64,000 nt of DNA from Sedimentisphaerales bacterium (GCA_963708075.1 OY970194.1:480001-544000), one strand, 5' to 3'. Positions 17,527 through 29,101 are shown, counted from the stretch's first letter. Numbers and translations: made by a program. Notes: generated by a model not told the origin, from the sequence alone.

Positions 17527-18798
17527 ATGGATGTGTTGTTGATCGGCAGTGGCGGACGCGAGCATGCAATCGCATGGAAACTCAAACAATCCAAGGGGCT
17601 CGGCAAGCTGTACATCGCCCCGGGCAACGCCGGCACCGCTCAGTGCGGCCAGAATGTAGCGATCAAGGATGATGACGTGCCCGCATTGGTGGCCTTCGCC
17701 CGTGAAAAGCGGGTCGGCCTGGTTGTGGTCGGACCGGAGGACCCACTCGCGGCGGGTGTGGTGGACGCATTGGAGGCCGTCGGCATCAAAGCGTTCGGAC
17801 CGAGCAAAGCGGCGGCGCAGCTCGAGGCCGACAAAGCCTTCGCCAAGCAGATGATGCGGGCGTGCGCCGTCTCGACGGCCGAGGCGAGGGTCTTCGATCG
17901 CTTCAGCGATGCCAAGGCCTACATCGCCAGCCGGGACGAGCCGGTCGTCGTCAAGGCGGCGGGGTTGGCCAAGGGCAAAGGGGTGATTGTCTGCGATGAT
18001 CCCGTCGACGCGATTCTGGCGGCGGAGAAGATCATGGTGGATAAGATCTTCGGCTCGGCCGGCGACAAGATTATCGTGGAGGACAAACTGCTGGGCGAAG
18101 AAGCCTCGATCCTGGCGTTTGTGGACGGCCGCAACATCTACCTGATGGAATCCTCGCAGGACCACAAGCCCGTCGGCGACGGCGACACAGGCCCGAACAC
18201 CGGCGGCATGGGCGCCTACAGCCCTGCGCCGATCATCTCCGACGACATGATGAACCGGATCAGCCGGGAGATTCTCGTACCCATGGTCGATGCGATGAAC
18301 CGCAATGAGACGCCGTACAAAGGCGTGCTCTACGCAGGCGTGATGATCACCAGCGGCGGCCCTCGCGTGCTCGAATTTAACGCGCGGTTCGGAGACCCGG
18401 AAACCCAGCCGATCCTGATGCGGCTCAAGAGCGATCTGCTGGAGGTGTGCCTGGCGGTCTGCGACGGCACGCTCGAGGACGTTTTCCTGAAATGGGACCC
18501 GAGGCCGGCGGTCTGCGTCGTGATGGCCTCCGGCGGGTATCCGGGCGATTACGAGAAAGGTAAGCCGATTCACGGGCTCAAGGAGGCCGAGTCGTTGTCG
18601 GATGTGATGGTGTTCCACGCCGGCACGGCACAGAAGGGTGGCGAAGTCGTGACCAACGGCGGCCGCGTGCTCGGCGTAACGGCCCTCGGGGCCGACGTCG
18701 CCGCGGCCAAGGCGCGAGCCTATGAGGCTGTCAGTCAGATTCATTTCGATGGGGCGCATTACCGCCACGACATCGCGGACAAAGCGATCCGGCGGTAG
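17527..18798 (+). CDS. purD: Phosphoribosylamine--glycine ligase
   Basis: GSGGREHAIAW, GPEDPL, GLAKGKGV, GPNTGGMGAY, EFNARFGDPETQ. Confidence 0.98.
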   Translation: MDVLLIGSGGREHAIAWKLKQSKGLGKLYIAPGNAGTAQCGQNVAIKDDDVPALVAFAREKRVGLVVVGPEDPLAAGVVDALEAVGIKAFGPSKAAAQLEADKAFAKQMMRACAVSTAEARVFDRFSDAKAYIASRDEPVVVKAAGLAKGKGVIVCDDPVDAILAAEKIMVDKIFGSAGDKIIVEDKLLGEEASILAFVDGRNIYLMESSQDHKPVGDGDTGPNTGGMGAYSPAPIISDDMMNRISREILVPMVDAMNRNETPYKGVLYAGVMITSGGPRVLEFNARFGDPETQPILMRLKSDLLEVCLAVCDGTLEDVFLKWDPRPAVCVVMASGGYPGDYEKGKPIHGLKEAESLSDVMVFHAGTAQKGGEVVTNGGRVLGVTALGADVAAAKARAYEAVSQIHFDGAHYRHDIADKAIRR

Positions 18799-18825
18799 GG
18801 AAGAAAGTTTGAAGTATGAAGTTTG

Positions 18826-21800
18826 ATGGTTGATTTCCATATCAAAAATCAAAAATCAAAAATCAAAAATCGAACTTGCCGTCGGATTCTCGTGCGCGGA
18901 TTGAAGGTGCTGGCGGTCCTGATCGTCGTGTTGGCGGGTGTCGGGATTTGGGCGGCACGGGCCTTGCCGAGGATTGCCGCGGCCCAGATCAGCCGCTTGA
19001 CGAATACTCGCGTGGAGATGGGGCCGTTCGATTTCCACCGCGATGCATCGGTTCTCGATTGACGGGCTGGTCTTGCACCCCGGCGACGGACCGGCGTCCG
19101 AGGATAGCGCCATCCTGCGCGCGGGCAACATCCACGCGTACTTCAGTCCGCGCAGCCTGCTGACCCTGGCGCCGCGACTGACCGAAATCCATATTGATGA
19201 TTTCATCCTGAATGCCCAGTTCGACATGGAAACGGGGCGGTGGAATGTCGGCGACCTGCGAATCAACAAGCCGTCCGGCAAACGGGACAGGGTTCTTCCG
19301 ACCGTCGTCCTGCAGCAGGGAACGCTGCGGTACTCGAAGGCTTCCGGGGGAAAACGCGAGGTTGTCATGTCGATCCCCATCGAAGCGAGCTTCGGATTCG
19401 TGGAAGAGCCTCGCCGGGGCTACAGCTTCGGGGTCAAGACGGCCAGGCTCTCCAGCGGCTATGGGCAAAGCCACCTCGACGGGTTCTGGCAGAAGGGCCA
19501 GTTGACGCTGGCCGGCGGCCTGTCCTCCACGGATATCCCATCGCTCGAACGGGCGTGGGCGGCGGATGTCATTGCGGCACAATTGACGTACGACAGCAAC
19601 GACAACTACACGCTGGATCTGCGCGTCCAGAATGCCCACAACAAGCAGAGTCCCGAGGTCGATGCGTTCCGCACGCTTATCCCGACGTCGCCCGGCCAGT
19701 CGGGCCCGCTGGCGGCGCTCCAGTGGTTCTTCACCCGCTACCGTCCGTCCGGGGTCGTCGGACAGATAGAACTCAAAACGCACGGAAATTTCAAGAGACT
19801 GGCCCGGAGCGAGGTCGCAGGCACGCTCACGTGCACGGATATCTCCGTCTGCGATCGGAAGTTTCCGTACACGATCGATCATCTGGCGGGCGAGCTGAAT
19901 TTCACTCAGTCCACGGTGGTTCTCAATCAGCTCTCCGGCAAGCACGGCGATGTCGATCTGGTGATCGATGGCTGGACGAAAGGTTCCGGCCAAAGCCGGC
20001 AGTATCAGTACCGCGTGACGAGCGACAACATGATCCTGGATGCCGGGCTTTATGCCGCCCTGCAGCCGGGCCGCAAACGCATGTGGGACGCCTTCAAGCC
20101 GCGGGGCGTTGTCGGCGTGGATTACAGGATCACTCGGACATCGCCGACGCAGAAACGCGAATACGCCTCCGTGAAATTGCAGCACGTGGCCGCCACGTAC
20201 GAGAAGTTTCCCTACCCTCTGGAGGAACTGACCGGCGGACTGTATTTCGACGACGAGAGCATCATAGCCGAAGGTTTAGTCTCGCGGGCAGGTGGTCGAT
20301 GGATCAACGTGGACGGCAAGATCACGCACCGGGACACCGGCAATCCGATCTACTATATCACGGTCGATGGGAACGATATTCCACTGGATGCCGTTCTCGG
20401 CAAGGCGCTGCCCGACCGCTATCGCAAACTCTACGAGCAGTTCGACGCCAACGGCACGGCGGCGATCCGGGCGAAGGTCTTCACCACGGGCGACGCAAAC
20501 GACGCCGGGGCCATCAGTTTTCTGGCCGACGTCTCCGCCCGGATGACTTCGCTGAAGTCGCAGAAGCTGCCCGTGACTCTCACAAACGCCTCGGCGGAAC
20601 TGTCCATCACGCCGGAATCACTGAGCGTGAAGAAGCTCACCGGACGGTATGGCGACAGCCCGGTCGTGCTGTCCGGCGGTGGGCGATTCTCCGAAGGCAC
20701 GCTTCCGCAGATCCAGTTGAAGGCGCAGGCCGAGGGCGTGCCCCTGGATAGCAGGACCGTCAATCTGCTTCCCGAACCGCTCAAGGGGCACGTGGCGGCG
20801 TTCGACCCGCAGGGAAGAGTGAACCTGGCCATCGATGTCAGGCAACTCGCCGACAGCGAGGCCCCGGAGTACACCATCGCCGTAGATTGTCTCGGCAATA
20901 GCATCAAGCACCAGCGATTCGCCTATCCGCTGCGCGATATCCGTGGGAATCTCACGATAAGTCCGGGCAAGATGGTATTCAGCGGGATCGAGGCGACGCC
21001 CGGCGGGGCATCCGCCCTCGACCCGCAATCCACGATCCGGCTCGATGGACGTCTTGACCTGACCAGCGGCGCCGACTTCGGCTCTTTCACCATAGCCGCC
21101 CGTAATGTCCCGTTCACGGACGAGTTCAGCGCCGCCTTGCCCGGCGCGCTCGGGCAGATGTACTGCGACACGGCGCCGCAGGGTTCCTTCAATCTGGACC
21201 TGACAATTCCCAGAATCGCGAAGGTCGCGGAGGATGACGCGCGTATCGACTTCACAGGCAAGGCGAGCCTCAACGCTCGTGATCTGCATATCGCGGGCCC
21301 GGCTGCCGAGCTCCGCGGCGGCGTGAACGTCGAAGGCTCCTACAGCACGAGGGCCGGCCTCACCGCCGCTCGCATGAAGCTCGATGCGCAGCGGCTCACG
21401 ATTCGAGGTAAATCCATCACCGATCTCAGAGGCGAAATTGTCTTCGACCCGAATGCACGGACGTGGTCCGCTCCCGGTTTCGTCGGTACCTGCTACGAGG
21501 GCCGGGTCGCCGGCGATCTGGAGCTGCGCAGCGCGGATGAATCGGCATTGCAGTACATGCTTCGGGTGGCGTTTCATCACGTGAACCTGCAGCAGTTCCT
21601 CGCCGCCGGCAAGCCCGCCGGCGTCACCGAGAGCGATTACGGCAGCGGCATCATGGACGCATCGCTGTCCCTTGGCGCCCGCATTGGCGACGCCTCTTCC
21701 CGGCTCGGCTCCTGCCGGGTCGATGTCATCGATATGCGCGTCGGCAAAGTCTCGCCCATGGCCAACTTCCTGTCCGTGCTGCAGTTGAACGAGCGGACCG

Positions 21801-22126
21801 ATTACACGTTCGACCGGATGCTGATCGAGTCGTACCTCAAGCGCGATACGCTGATGATTCAGAAGCTCGACATGTCGGGCAAGAACGTGGCCTTCACCGG
21901 CTCGGGGACGATGAATACGTCCAGCAACCAGGTCAATCTGACTCTCACGGCCCGCGGCCGGCGAGTGGCCACGGCCAAACCCGGCGTACTCGAATCCCTC
22001 GCCGAGGGGCTGGGCGGCGCCGTCGTTCGCATGGAAGTCACCGGCAAGGCCGACAACCCGTCCGTCGCGACCAAGACCCTGCCCCTGATCGAGGACTCCC
22101 TGAGAATCCTCGGCACCCCGAGATAA
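18826..22126 (+). CDS. Large AsmA-like/YhdP-type envelope protein, frameshifted at ~19050
   Basis: N-terminal TM anchor in ORF 18823..19062 continues (ASV-SIDG) into the beta-rich 19043..22126; C-terminus resembles AsmA_C (ITG...NPSV). Confidence 0.7.
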
Positions 22127-22179
22127 GAGCCCCGGGTCGAACCTCTGTCCTTACGCGTCGCTGTGCCGACAAACTTGTT

Positions 22180-22334
22180 GGGTTCGTCCCAAGTTGTTGA
22201 GTTTTGGGTGGCAGCGTCAAGCGCAGCTTGGCGATGGTCTTGCCCATTCGCCATCGCCAAGGCCTTCGGCCTTGACGCTGCCACCCGACTGCGCAGCTTG
22301 CACAGGCTCGATCTCAAGGATTTGGGACGAACCC
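22180..22334. mobile_element. MITE family B
   Basis: Perfect TIR GGGTTCGTCCCAA / TTGGGACGAACCC; exact 8-bp TSD AACTTGTT (22172-22179, 22335-22342); internal hairpin GGGTGGCAGCGTCAAG...CTTGACGCTGCCACCC. Confidence 0.8.
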
Positions 22335-22799
22335 AACTTGTTGAGAACGCCCCATGTTCTTGACATTGGGCCGTTGGAGCGTGGGAACACTGCCGCGCGA
22401 CAGATCGATTCCGCCGCTTTGCGGCGGGAGTTTTCCGCTTTGTGGCCTCCAGCATGATTCAGGCTGCCGCCCGATTCAGGCCATCCTCCGCGGCCGGTGC
22501 GTACGAGCAACCATGCTGGTGGCTCCAAAGCGATAAACTCCCTGCCGGCGCCCCGTCGGCAGGTTCCCAGAGATCTCAAATGGCTCCTGTGGCTGGGGAG
22601 GCAACAGGCTTGGGAGTAGGGACTCGGGGATTCGTGCATGGTCAATGAGTCCGGCGGTGCTGGTTCAGTCGGGTATGACCATCGGATGAAGGCATCAAGA
22701 GAAACGCTTCACGGCGTCACCACAAACTAAGCTCCGGGCTTTGCCGCAGCCACCCGATGCGTGTACGACTAATTTTCGTGGGGGGCCGTGCATCCATCC

Positions 22800-22920
22800 T
22801 GTCATCCCTTCGACTATGCTCAGGGCAGGCCCTGAGCGTCAGCGAAGGATCTCCGCTGTGCATGGGAACAAGCGTTAGTTTCATTCGTGGGCCAGATGCT
22901 TCGCTTCGCTCAGCATGACA
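22800..22920. repeat. TGTCA-type REP pair with a nested REP insertion
   Basis: TGTCATC[CCTTCGACTATGCTCAGGGCAGGC]CCTGAGCG..AGCGAAGGATCT paired with AGATGCTTCGCTTCGCTCAGCATGACA. Confidence 0.6.
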
Positions 22921-22964
22921 AATCCGGACAGCTCCCCCACGAGGCGTAGTCGCACACCCCGATG

Positions 22965-23363
22965 GGGTGTGGTCGGAATTCGGTGGCGGCGTGTAGCCGC
23001 CGTGTGCGGACTGCGCCTCTTTCGTCCCTTACGGGACTGGCTTTTGTCCTCGGCCCCGGTTCCCCAGCGATAAATCGCTGGGCTATTCTCCATCGCCCTG
23101 CGGGCTTGTACTGCGCCATGGCTGAGCTTCGTGGTCCTGTCAAATTGAAGGCTATTCTCTATCGCCCTTCGAGCCTGGACTGAGCCCCAGTGCTCTTGCG
23201 TCAGCCCATCCGCCCCACAGGGGCAATCGACACTAGCCCACCGTTTCAACGGTGGGTGCCGATAGCCAATCCTATCTCAAAGCCCCGCAGGGGCGACAGA
23301 AGACCGGGGTGCGCTCTTGGGTCCGGTGGAATCGGAATCCGCCACCGAATGGCGGCCACACCC
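22965..23363 (+). mobile_element. MITE family A copy with an internal ~70-bp expansion
   Basis: Highly similar to 12895-13222; duplicated GGCTATTCTCYATCGCCCT unit; TSD not intact. Confidence 0.8.
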
Positions 23364-23504
23364 CCACGCATCCGCGCTTGGTGAATTGCATTGTGGAGGG
23401 CGAGCCAGTCACTATAATAGGGAGCGACACCAGGGTCTGTCCGGCAAAACGCAGCAGTGGGTGACGCGGACGGAATTGGTCGATACAACGTTGAGGTACC
23501 ATCG

Positions 23505-25712
23505 ATGATGCAGGCGAGTGGTTTGAACAGGCGGCGGTTCTTGCAGGTGGCGTCCGGTTCAGCGGCGGCCATGGTTCTGCCGAGGATTTCCTCCGGGGCC
23601 GGCGAGCAGGAGAAGGACCGGCCGAACTTTCTTTGGATCAGCACGGAGGACATGAGCCCGGATATGGGTTGTTACGGCGACCCCTATGCGGTGACGCCCA
23701 ATCTCGACGCCCTGGCGGCTCAGGGGGTTCGCTACACGCGGGTGTTCACGCATGCGGGAGTCTGTGCGCCGTCGCGGTCAGGCCTCATCACGGGCATGTA
23801 TCCGACGACGATCAGGACCCATCACATGCGTTGCCGGGGCGTCCCGCCGAGCGAGGTCAAGTGCTTCCCCGAGTACCTGCGGGCCGCCGGCTACTATTGC
23901 ACGAACAACGTCAAGACCGATTACCAGTTCGATGCGCCGCTGACGGCGTGGGACGAGTGCAGCAATAAGGCCCACTGGCGCAACCGGCCGGCGGGCAAGC
24001 CGTTCTTTTCCGTCATCAATTTCACGATTACGCATGAGAGCCAGGTTCGAAATCGCAGCGCCGGGATGATGAAGCAGCTCAACAGCCTGGGTCCCGGCGA
24101 GAGGCACGACCCTGCCAAGGCTCAGCTTCCACCATACTACCCGGATACGCCGAAGGTCCGTCAGGATTGGGCCCAGTATTACGACGTTGTCACGCTCATG
24201 GACAAGCAGGCAGAAGAGGTCCTGGACCAGTTGGAGCAGGATGGGCTGGCCCAGAACACGATTGTCTGGTTCTGGGGCGATCACGGTCGGGGCCTGCCGC
24301 GAGGCAAACGCTGGGTCTACGACTCCGGGACCCGCGTGCCGCTGATCGTTCGCGTCCCCGAGAAGTGGCGCAAGCTCGCCATGCCGGACAACGCGGATGC
24401 CGTCAAACCGGGGACCGTCAACGACGATTTGGTTGCGTTCATCGACTTTGCTCCCACGATGCTGTCGCTGGCCGGGATCGACGTCCCGCGACACATGCAG
24501 GGCCGGGCATTTCTCGGCAGTCAGAAGGGCAAGCCGCGAGAATACGTCTTCGCCGCCCGCGACCGGATGGATGAGGCCTACGACATGATCCGCGCCGTGC
24601 GGGATAAGCGGTACAGGTACATCCGAAATTATATGTGGTATCTGCCGCGAAGCCAGGACATCAGCTACATGAACGAGATGCCGACGATGCAGGAGATGCG
24701 CCGGCTCTTCGCGGAAGGCAAGCTCGCAGGGCCTCAGATGCAGTACTTCGAGCCGATCAAGCCCGTCGAAGAGCTCTACGACACGGCGGCCGACCCGCAC
24801 GAGGTGAAGAATCTGGCCGGCGATCCGAAGTACAAGGACGTGCTGGAGCGGATGCGGAAGGTACACAACGAGTGGTGCCGGGACACGATGGACGTGGGCC
24901 TGATCCCGGAGCCGGTGCTCGACGAGATGAAGTGGCCGCCGGGCAAGCCGGAGAAGACGGCTGAGCCGGTGTGCATCAAGCAGACGGGAAATCCACAGGA
25001 GGGCGGCGCCGTCACGATTACCTGCCCGACATCGGGTGCCTCCATCGCCTGCCGCATTGGCGGCGATCCCAAGAGTGCCACGGGCTGGGAACTCTACGTC
25101 CGGCCGGTGCGCCTCAAAGGCGATGAAGTCCTGCATGCCAAGGCGTGCAGAATCGGATTCAAAGACAGCAACGCGGTCACGCTCAAATTGGGCGGCCCGG
25201 TTGTCGAGAAGCCGCAGACTACCCAGACGGACCCGTGGAAGACCAGGCTCGATGCGACCGGTCTGCGTCCGCGGCTCCTGAAGCTGAAGGAGCTTGACTA
25301 CGAGGGCCCGAACGCCACAGCCCAGTACATGAAGTATCTCGAAGACGCCCATCCCGTGGTCCGGTACCTGGCGACGGTCGGCCTGCATGCCAGTTGCCGG
25401 TTCCCGGTCGATATGACGTTTGTCAAGCCCCCGATGCAAACGAAGCTGGGGGATCAGTCGATGATCGTTCGCATCGCGGCGGCCCATGCCCTGTGCGAGT
25501 GGGGACAGGAAAAGGATACGCTGCCGGTGCTCGTCGAGGGGTTGAAGCATCCAACGGATAAGGTGCGTCTGTTCGCCGTCATCGCACTGGACAAGCTCGG
25601 CGAGAAGGCCCGCCCGGCGCTGGCACAGATCAAGACGGCTGCTGCACAGGATTCCGACGACTACGTGAAGCGCGTGGCCAAGACAGCGTTGAGCCGGCTG
25701 GAGCCCCGGTGA
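23505..25712 (+). CDS. Tat-exported Cys-type sulfatase with C-terminal beta-sandwich and HEAT repeats
   Basis: NRRRFLQ Tat motif, RPNFLWI, CAPSR (FGly motif), GDHG; HEAT-like tail. Confidence 0.9.
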   Translation: MMQASGLNRRRFLQVASGSAAAMVLPRISSGAGEQEKDRPNFLWISTEDMSPDMGCYGDPYAVTPNLDALAAQGVRYTRVFTHAGVCAPSRSGLITGMYPTTIRTHHMRCRGVPPSEVKCFPEYLRAAGYYCTNNVKTDYQFDAPLTAWDECSNKAHWRNRPAGKPFFSVINFTITHESQVRNRSAGMMKQLNSLGPGERHDPAKAQLPPYYPDTPKVRQDWAQYYDVVTLMDKQAEEVLDQLEQDGLAQNTIVWFWGDHGRGLPRGKRWVYDSGTRVPLIVRVPEKWRKLAMPDNADAVKPGTVNDDLVAFIDFAPTMLSLAGIDVPRHMQGRAFLGSQKGKPREYVFAARDRMDEAYDMIRAVRDKRYRYIRNYMWYLPRSQDISYMNEMPTMQEMRRLFAEGKLAGPQMQYFEPIKPVEELYDTAADPHEVKNLAGDPKYKDVLERMRKVHNEWCRDTMDVGLIPEPVLDEMKWPPGKPEKTAEPVCIKQTGNPQEGGAVTITCPTSGASIACRIGGDPKSATGWELYVRPVRLKGDEVLHAKACRIGFKDSNAVTLKLGGPVVEKPQTTQTDPWKTRLDATGLRPRLLKLKELDYEGPNATAQYMKYLEDAHPVVRYLATVGLHASCRFPVDMTFVKPPMQTKLGDQSMIVRIAAAHALCEWGQEKDTLPVLVEGLKHPTDKVRLFAVIALDKLGEKARPALAQIKTAAAQDSDDYVKRVAKTALSRLEPR

Positions 25713-25732
25713 TGCTTGAGGAGAGAAGCAGG

Positions 25733-27108
25733 ATGTTCAAGCGAATGGGAGTAGGAGCGTTGCTGGCTTTGGCTGCAATGTGGCCTGCTGTCGGGCAGAC
25801 GCAGTCTGACGAGTTGGTGGTCAATCCGGCGTTCAAGGCGAGCGGACAGGAGATGCCTGACGGCTGGTCGGTGTGGAAGCCATCGTGGGGACAGGCGGCG
25901 TGTCAGGTGCGCGGCGCGGATGGGGGGCTTCTGATCAAGTCGGAGCGTGATCCGTTTGGGGTAGGGGGCGTGACTCAGGAGGTCAAAGGGGTTCGCGGTG
26001 GGCAGGCGTACGCGATCCGGGCCGTCTGTGAGTTGCGGAGTATCCCATCGCCGTTCCGCTCAGCCATCGTTCGCCTGGGCTGGCTCAAGGCGGGCAAGCC
26101 GCTCGATCCATCCGGCGTGCTGGTGCGCGGGCCCAGGCTGGAGGGTGACAAGGCGGTGTTTTCGGATGTTCTCGTGGCTCCAAAGGACGCGGATGGAGCG
26201 AGGTTGTCGCTGGAGGTGAAATGGCCCGGTGAGGGGGAGGTCTTGTGGAAGCAGGTGAGCCTGCGTCCCACGACTGATCCTGGGCCGCGAAAGGTGAAGA
26301 TCGGCACGGTGTACCTGCGGCCGAGAAACAGCACGCCGCAGAAGAACCTCGAACTGTGGTGCGGCCAGATTGACGCCGCCGGCAAGCTGGGACTCGATAT
26401 CGTGTGCCTGGGCGAGACCATCACGCGCGTCGGGACCACGGCCTCGCTGGAGGACGTGGCCGAGCCGATTCCAGGACCGGCGACGAAGAGACTTGGAGAA
26501 GCGGCGAAGAAGAACCATATCTGGGTCGTGGCGGGCCTTATGGAGCGTGTGGACTCCATCGTGTACAACACCGCGGTCCTTCTCAACCGTCAGGGCGAGA
26601 TCGCCGGCACGTATCGCAAGGTCCATCTGCCTCGCGAAGAGTGGAAGGAGGGTGTGCGGCCTGGGGACCAGTCGCCCGTGTTCGACACGGATTTCGGCCG
26701 GATCGGCATGCAGATTTGTTACGATTGGTTCTTCCCCGAGATGGTGGAACTCCTTGCTCTCAAGGGCGCGGAGATAGTCTTTGCGCCACCTGGGGCAATA
26801 CCCTGCCCGACCGTGACGGCATGGTCGATGGCGAGTCAACGTTCCGCGTCCGCGCACGCGACAACGGCGTCTATATGGTCCCGTCGGTCTATGACGGCCC
26901 CAGCCTGATCATCGACCCGATGGGCAGAATCCTGGCGTCGAACAAGGGTAAAGAGGGCGTCTACTGGGCAGAGGTGGACTTGAACAAGCGCGAGTGCCTC
27001 GAGTGGGTGGGCTACTGGCGTTCCATCGGTCCCCGCGACCGCATGCCAGAATCCTATGACCCGCTTGCCGACAAACCTCTGGACCCGGACTTGAGCAAGG
27101 TGCGGTAA
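25733..27108 (+). CDS. Secreted carbon-nitrogen hydrolase (nitrilase fold) with N-terminal carbohydrate-binding-like domain, frameshifted at ~26790
   Basis: E-K-C triad (LGET, YRKVHL, ICYD); IVFAP continues as TWG...RARDNGVY in another frame. Confidence 0.85.
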
Positions 27109-27164
27109 GTGCTAAACAGGGCAAGAGCGGCTGTACACAACAACTCCAATTTCCAAGGATAAGC

Positions 27165-28208
27165 ATGACAGCAAAAGAAAACGCAAGGGCGGCTTCGGTG
27201 TTGAAGAAGGACGATCAGATCGTGATTGCGGGGGCCGGGGGATTCATCGCCGGCGCTCTGACTCGATACTTCCATGACCAGGGTTTTACGCGGATTCGCG
27301 CGATTGACAAGAAACCTCTGCCCGAATGGTACCAGCGGACCCCCGGTGTGGAATGTCTGTGCATGGATCTGAGCCAGGAAGACAATTGTAGGCGGGCGTG
27401 CGAGGGGGCGGTGGAGGTCTATAACCTCGCCGCCGACATGGGCGGAATGGGGTTCATCGAGCGATTCCGCATCGAATGCCTCCGCAGCATCCTGATCAAT
27501 ACGCACATGATCGAATCGGCGTATCACGCCGGCGCCCGGCGGTACTTCTTCTCGTCCTCCGCCTGCGCGTACAACGTCGAGCTCCAGAAGAGCCCGGATT
27601 GCCGGGCGTTGAAGGAATCCGATGCCTACCCCGCCATGGCCGAGCGCGGCTACGGCTGGGAAAAACTGATGAGTGAAATGGTGTGCCGAGAGTACTGGTG
27701 TGAGCGCCAGTTCGAAACACACATCGCCCGATTTCATAACGTTTTCGGATCTTCCGGAACTTGGGATGGGGGACGGGAGAAGGCGCCGGCGGCGATCTGC
27801 CGGAAGGTGGTTGAAGCCAAGGACACGGGGGCGCGGGACATCACTATCTGGGGCGATGGCCGGCAGACCCGCAGCTTCATGTTCATCGACGACTGTGTCC
27901 AGGGCATCGACATGATCATGCACTGTGATAAGCTGATCGCGACGCCGATCAACCTCGGGTCCAACTTCCTCGTCTCCATCAACGACCTGGTCACCATGGC
28001 GGAAGAGATCGGCGGGATCACGCTGAATCGCAAGTACGACCTCAACGCCCCGAAAGGCGTCGGTGGCCGCAACAGCGACAACACGTTCATCCAGCAGGTC
28101 CTCGGCTGGGAACCCAGCACGCCCCTGAAGGACGGCCTCCGCAAGACCTACGCTTGGATCGAGCAGCAGTACATGGCCCGCAAAGCCGGCCGGCGAACTG
28201 TCAGCTAG
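27165..28208 (+). CDS. NAD-dependent epimerase, GDP-mannose 3,5-epimerase-like
   Basis: GAGGFI, NLAADMGGMGFI, SSACAY, YGWEK, GGREKAPAAICRK, GRNSDNT. Confidence 0.88.
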   Translation: MTAKENARAASVLKKDDQIVIAGAGGFIAGALTRYFHDQGFTRIRAIDKKPLPEWYQRTPGVECLCMDLSQEDNCRRACEGAVEVYNLAADMGGMGFIERFRIECLRSILINTHMIESAYHAGARRYFFSSSACAYNVELQKSPDCRALKESDAYPAMAERGYGWEKLMSEMVCREYWCERQFETHIARFHNVFGSSGTWDGGREKAPAAICRKVVEAKDTGARDITIWGDGRQTRSFMFIDDCVQGIDMIMHCDKLIATPINLGSNFLVSINDLVTMAEEIGGITLNRKYDLNAPKGVGGRNSDNTFIQQVLGWEPSTPLKDGLRKTYAWIEQQYMARKAGRRTVS

Positions 28209-28306
28209 CCGGGCAGGAAGAAGAGATAGGACGGATGGGACCTATGGGACGGATAGGACCTATCTTGAGCAGGCCTTGAGCGTGGAGAGATCGCCGGATC
28301 TGTAAC

Positions 28307-29101
28307 ATGAAGCCAGATCGAGGTCACGATATCGCTGATGTGCTTGGCCGCCTGCCATACCGGCTGGCCTTGGCCGGCGGCTGGATCGATCAGCCGTTCG
28401 TCTCCAGGCTCAACCCGTCGTCGCCGGGTTCGATGGTCGTCGTGAGCGTCGAGCCGCAGTTCTGGTTCATGGAGCGGGCCGGCATCTGCATCGGCACCCG
28501 CAACATCGCCCTGCGACTCTGGCACGGCACGCTCCCCGACGCCGACCCGGGGCAACTCGTGCAGGACCTCTACGCCGCGGAGAACGCAGGCAAGCCGGAG
28601 CCCTCCGGCTCGCAAGACATGATCGGCCTCGTCTATCCCGGCATCAATCGCCTCGACTACGACTTTGCCCACAAAGCCGGCATCTTCCCGCGCCACATCG
28701 AATCCAGCAACGACCCGCAGGTCGCCTCCTGGCTGGAGAAGGTGCTCCACCTCCTCCCGGTGAATCAGCGGCCCGACGGCTACAACCCCTTGGAGACCCG
28801 GAGCCTCGACCCCCGCTGGATCGCCCGCCTGGGCCAGTCCGGCCGGACCTGTTACGACGCCATCCTCGCCCGTGACATCGCCGCACTCGGGGCCTCCCTG
28901 AACGAGTGCATGCTCTGCTGGGAGGCGATCCTGCCCGGCACGGTCCGCCATCGAACCATCCAGATCGACCTGCTCGCCCTCCTGAAGCACTACCAGTCGC
29001 GCTACCCCGGCGCCATGTACTCCGGCTGCGGCGGCGGCTACCTCTACGTCGTCTCCGAAGCCCCCGTCCCCGGCGCCTTTCACGTCAAGCTCCGAATCTA
29101 G
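28307..29101 (+). CDS. Divergent GHMP-superfamily sugar kinase-like protein
   Basis: PYRLALAGGWID, SGSQD, SGCGGGY. Confidence 0.6.
   Translation: MKPDRGHDIADVLGRLPYRLALAGGWIDQPFVSRLNPSSPGSMVVVSVEPQFWFMERAGICIGTRNIALRLWHGTLPDADPGQLVQDLYAAENAGKPEPSGSQDMIGLVYPGINRLDYDFAHKAGIFPRHIESSNDPQVASWLEKVLHLLPVNQRPDGYNPLETRSLDPRWIARLGQSGRTCYDAILARDIAALGASLNECMLCWEAILPGTVRHRTIQIDLLALLKHYQSRYPGAMYSGCGGGYLYVVSEAPVPGAFHVKLRI

Noticed and set aside
26770..26800. Programmed ribosomal frameshifting at split genes
   Set aside because: No slippery heptamer or shared signal; scattered indels fit sequencing error better
28225..28264. GATAGGAC/GATGGGAC 9-bp stutter
   Set aside because: Short intergenic low-complexity repeat with no further structure
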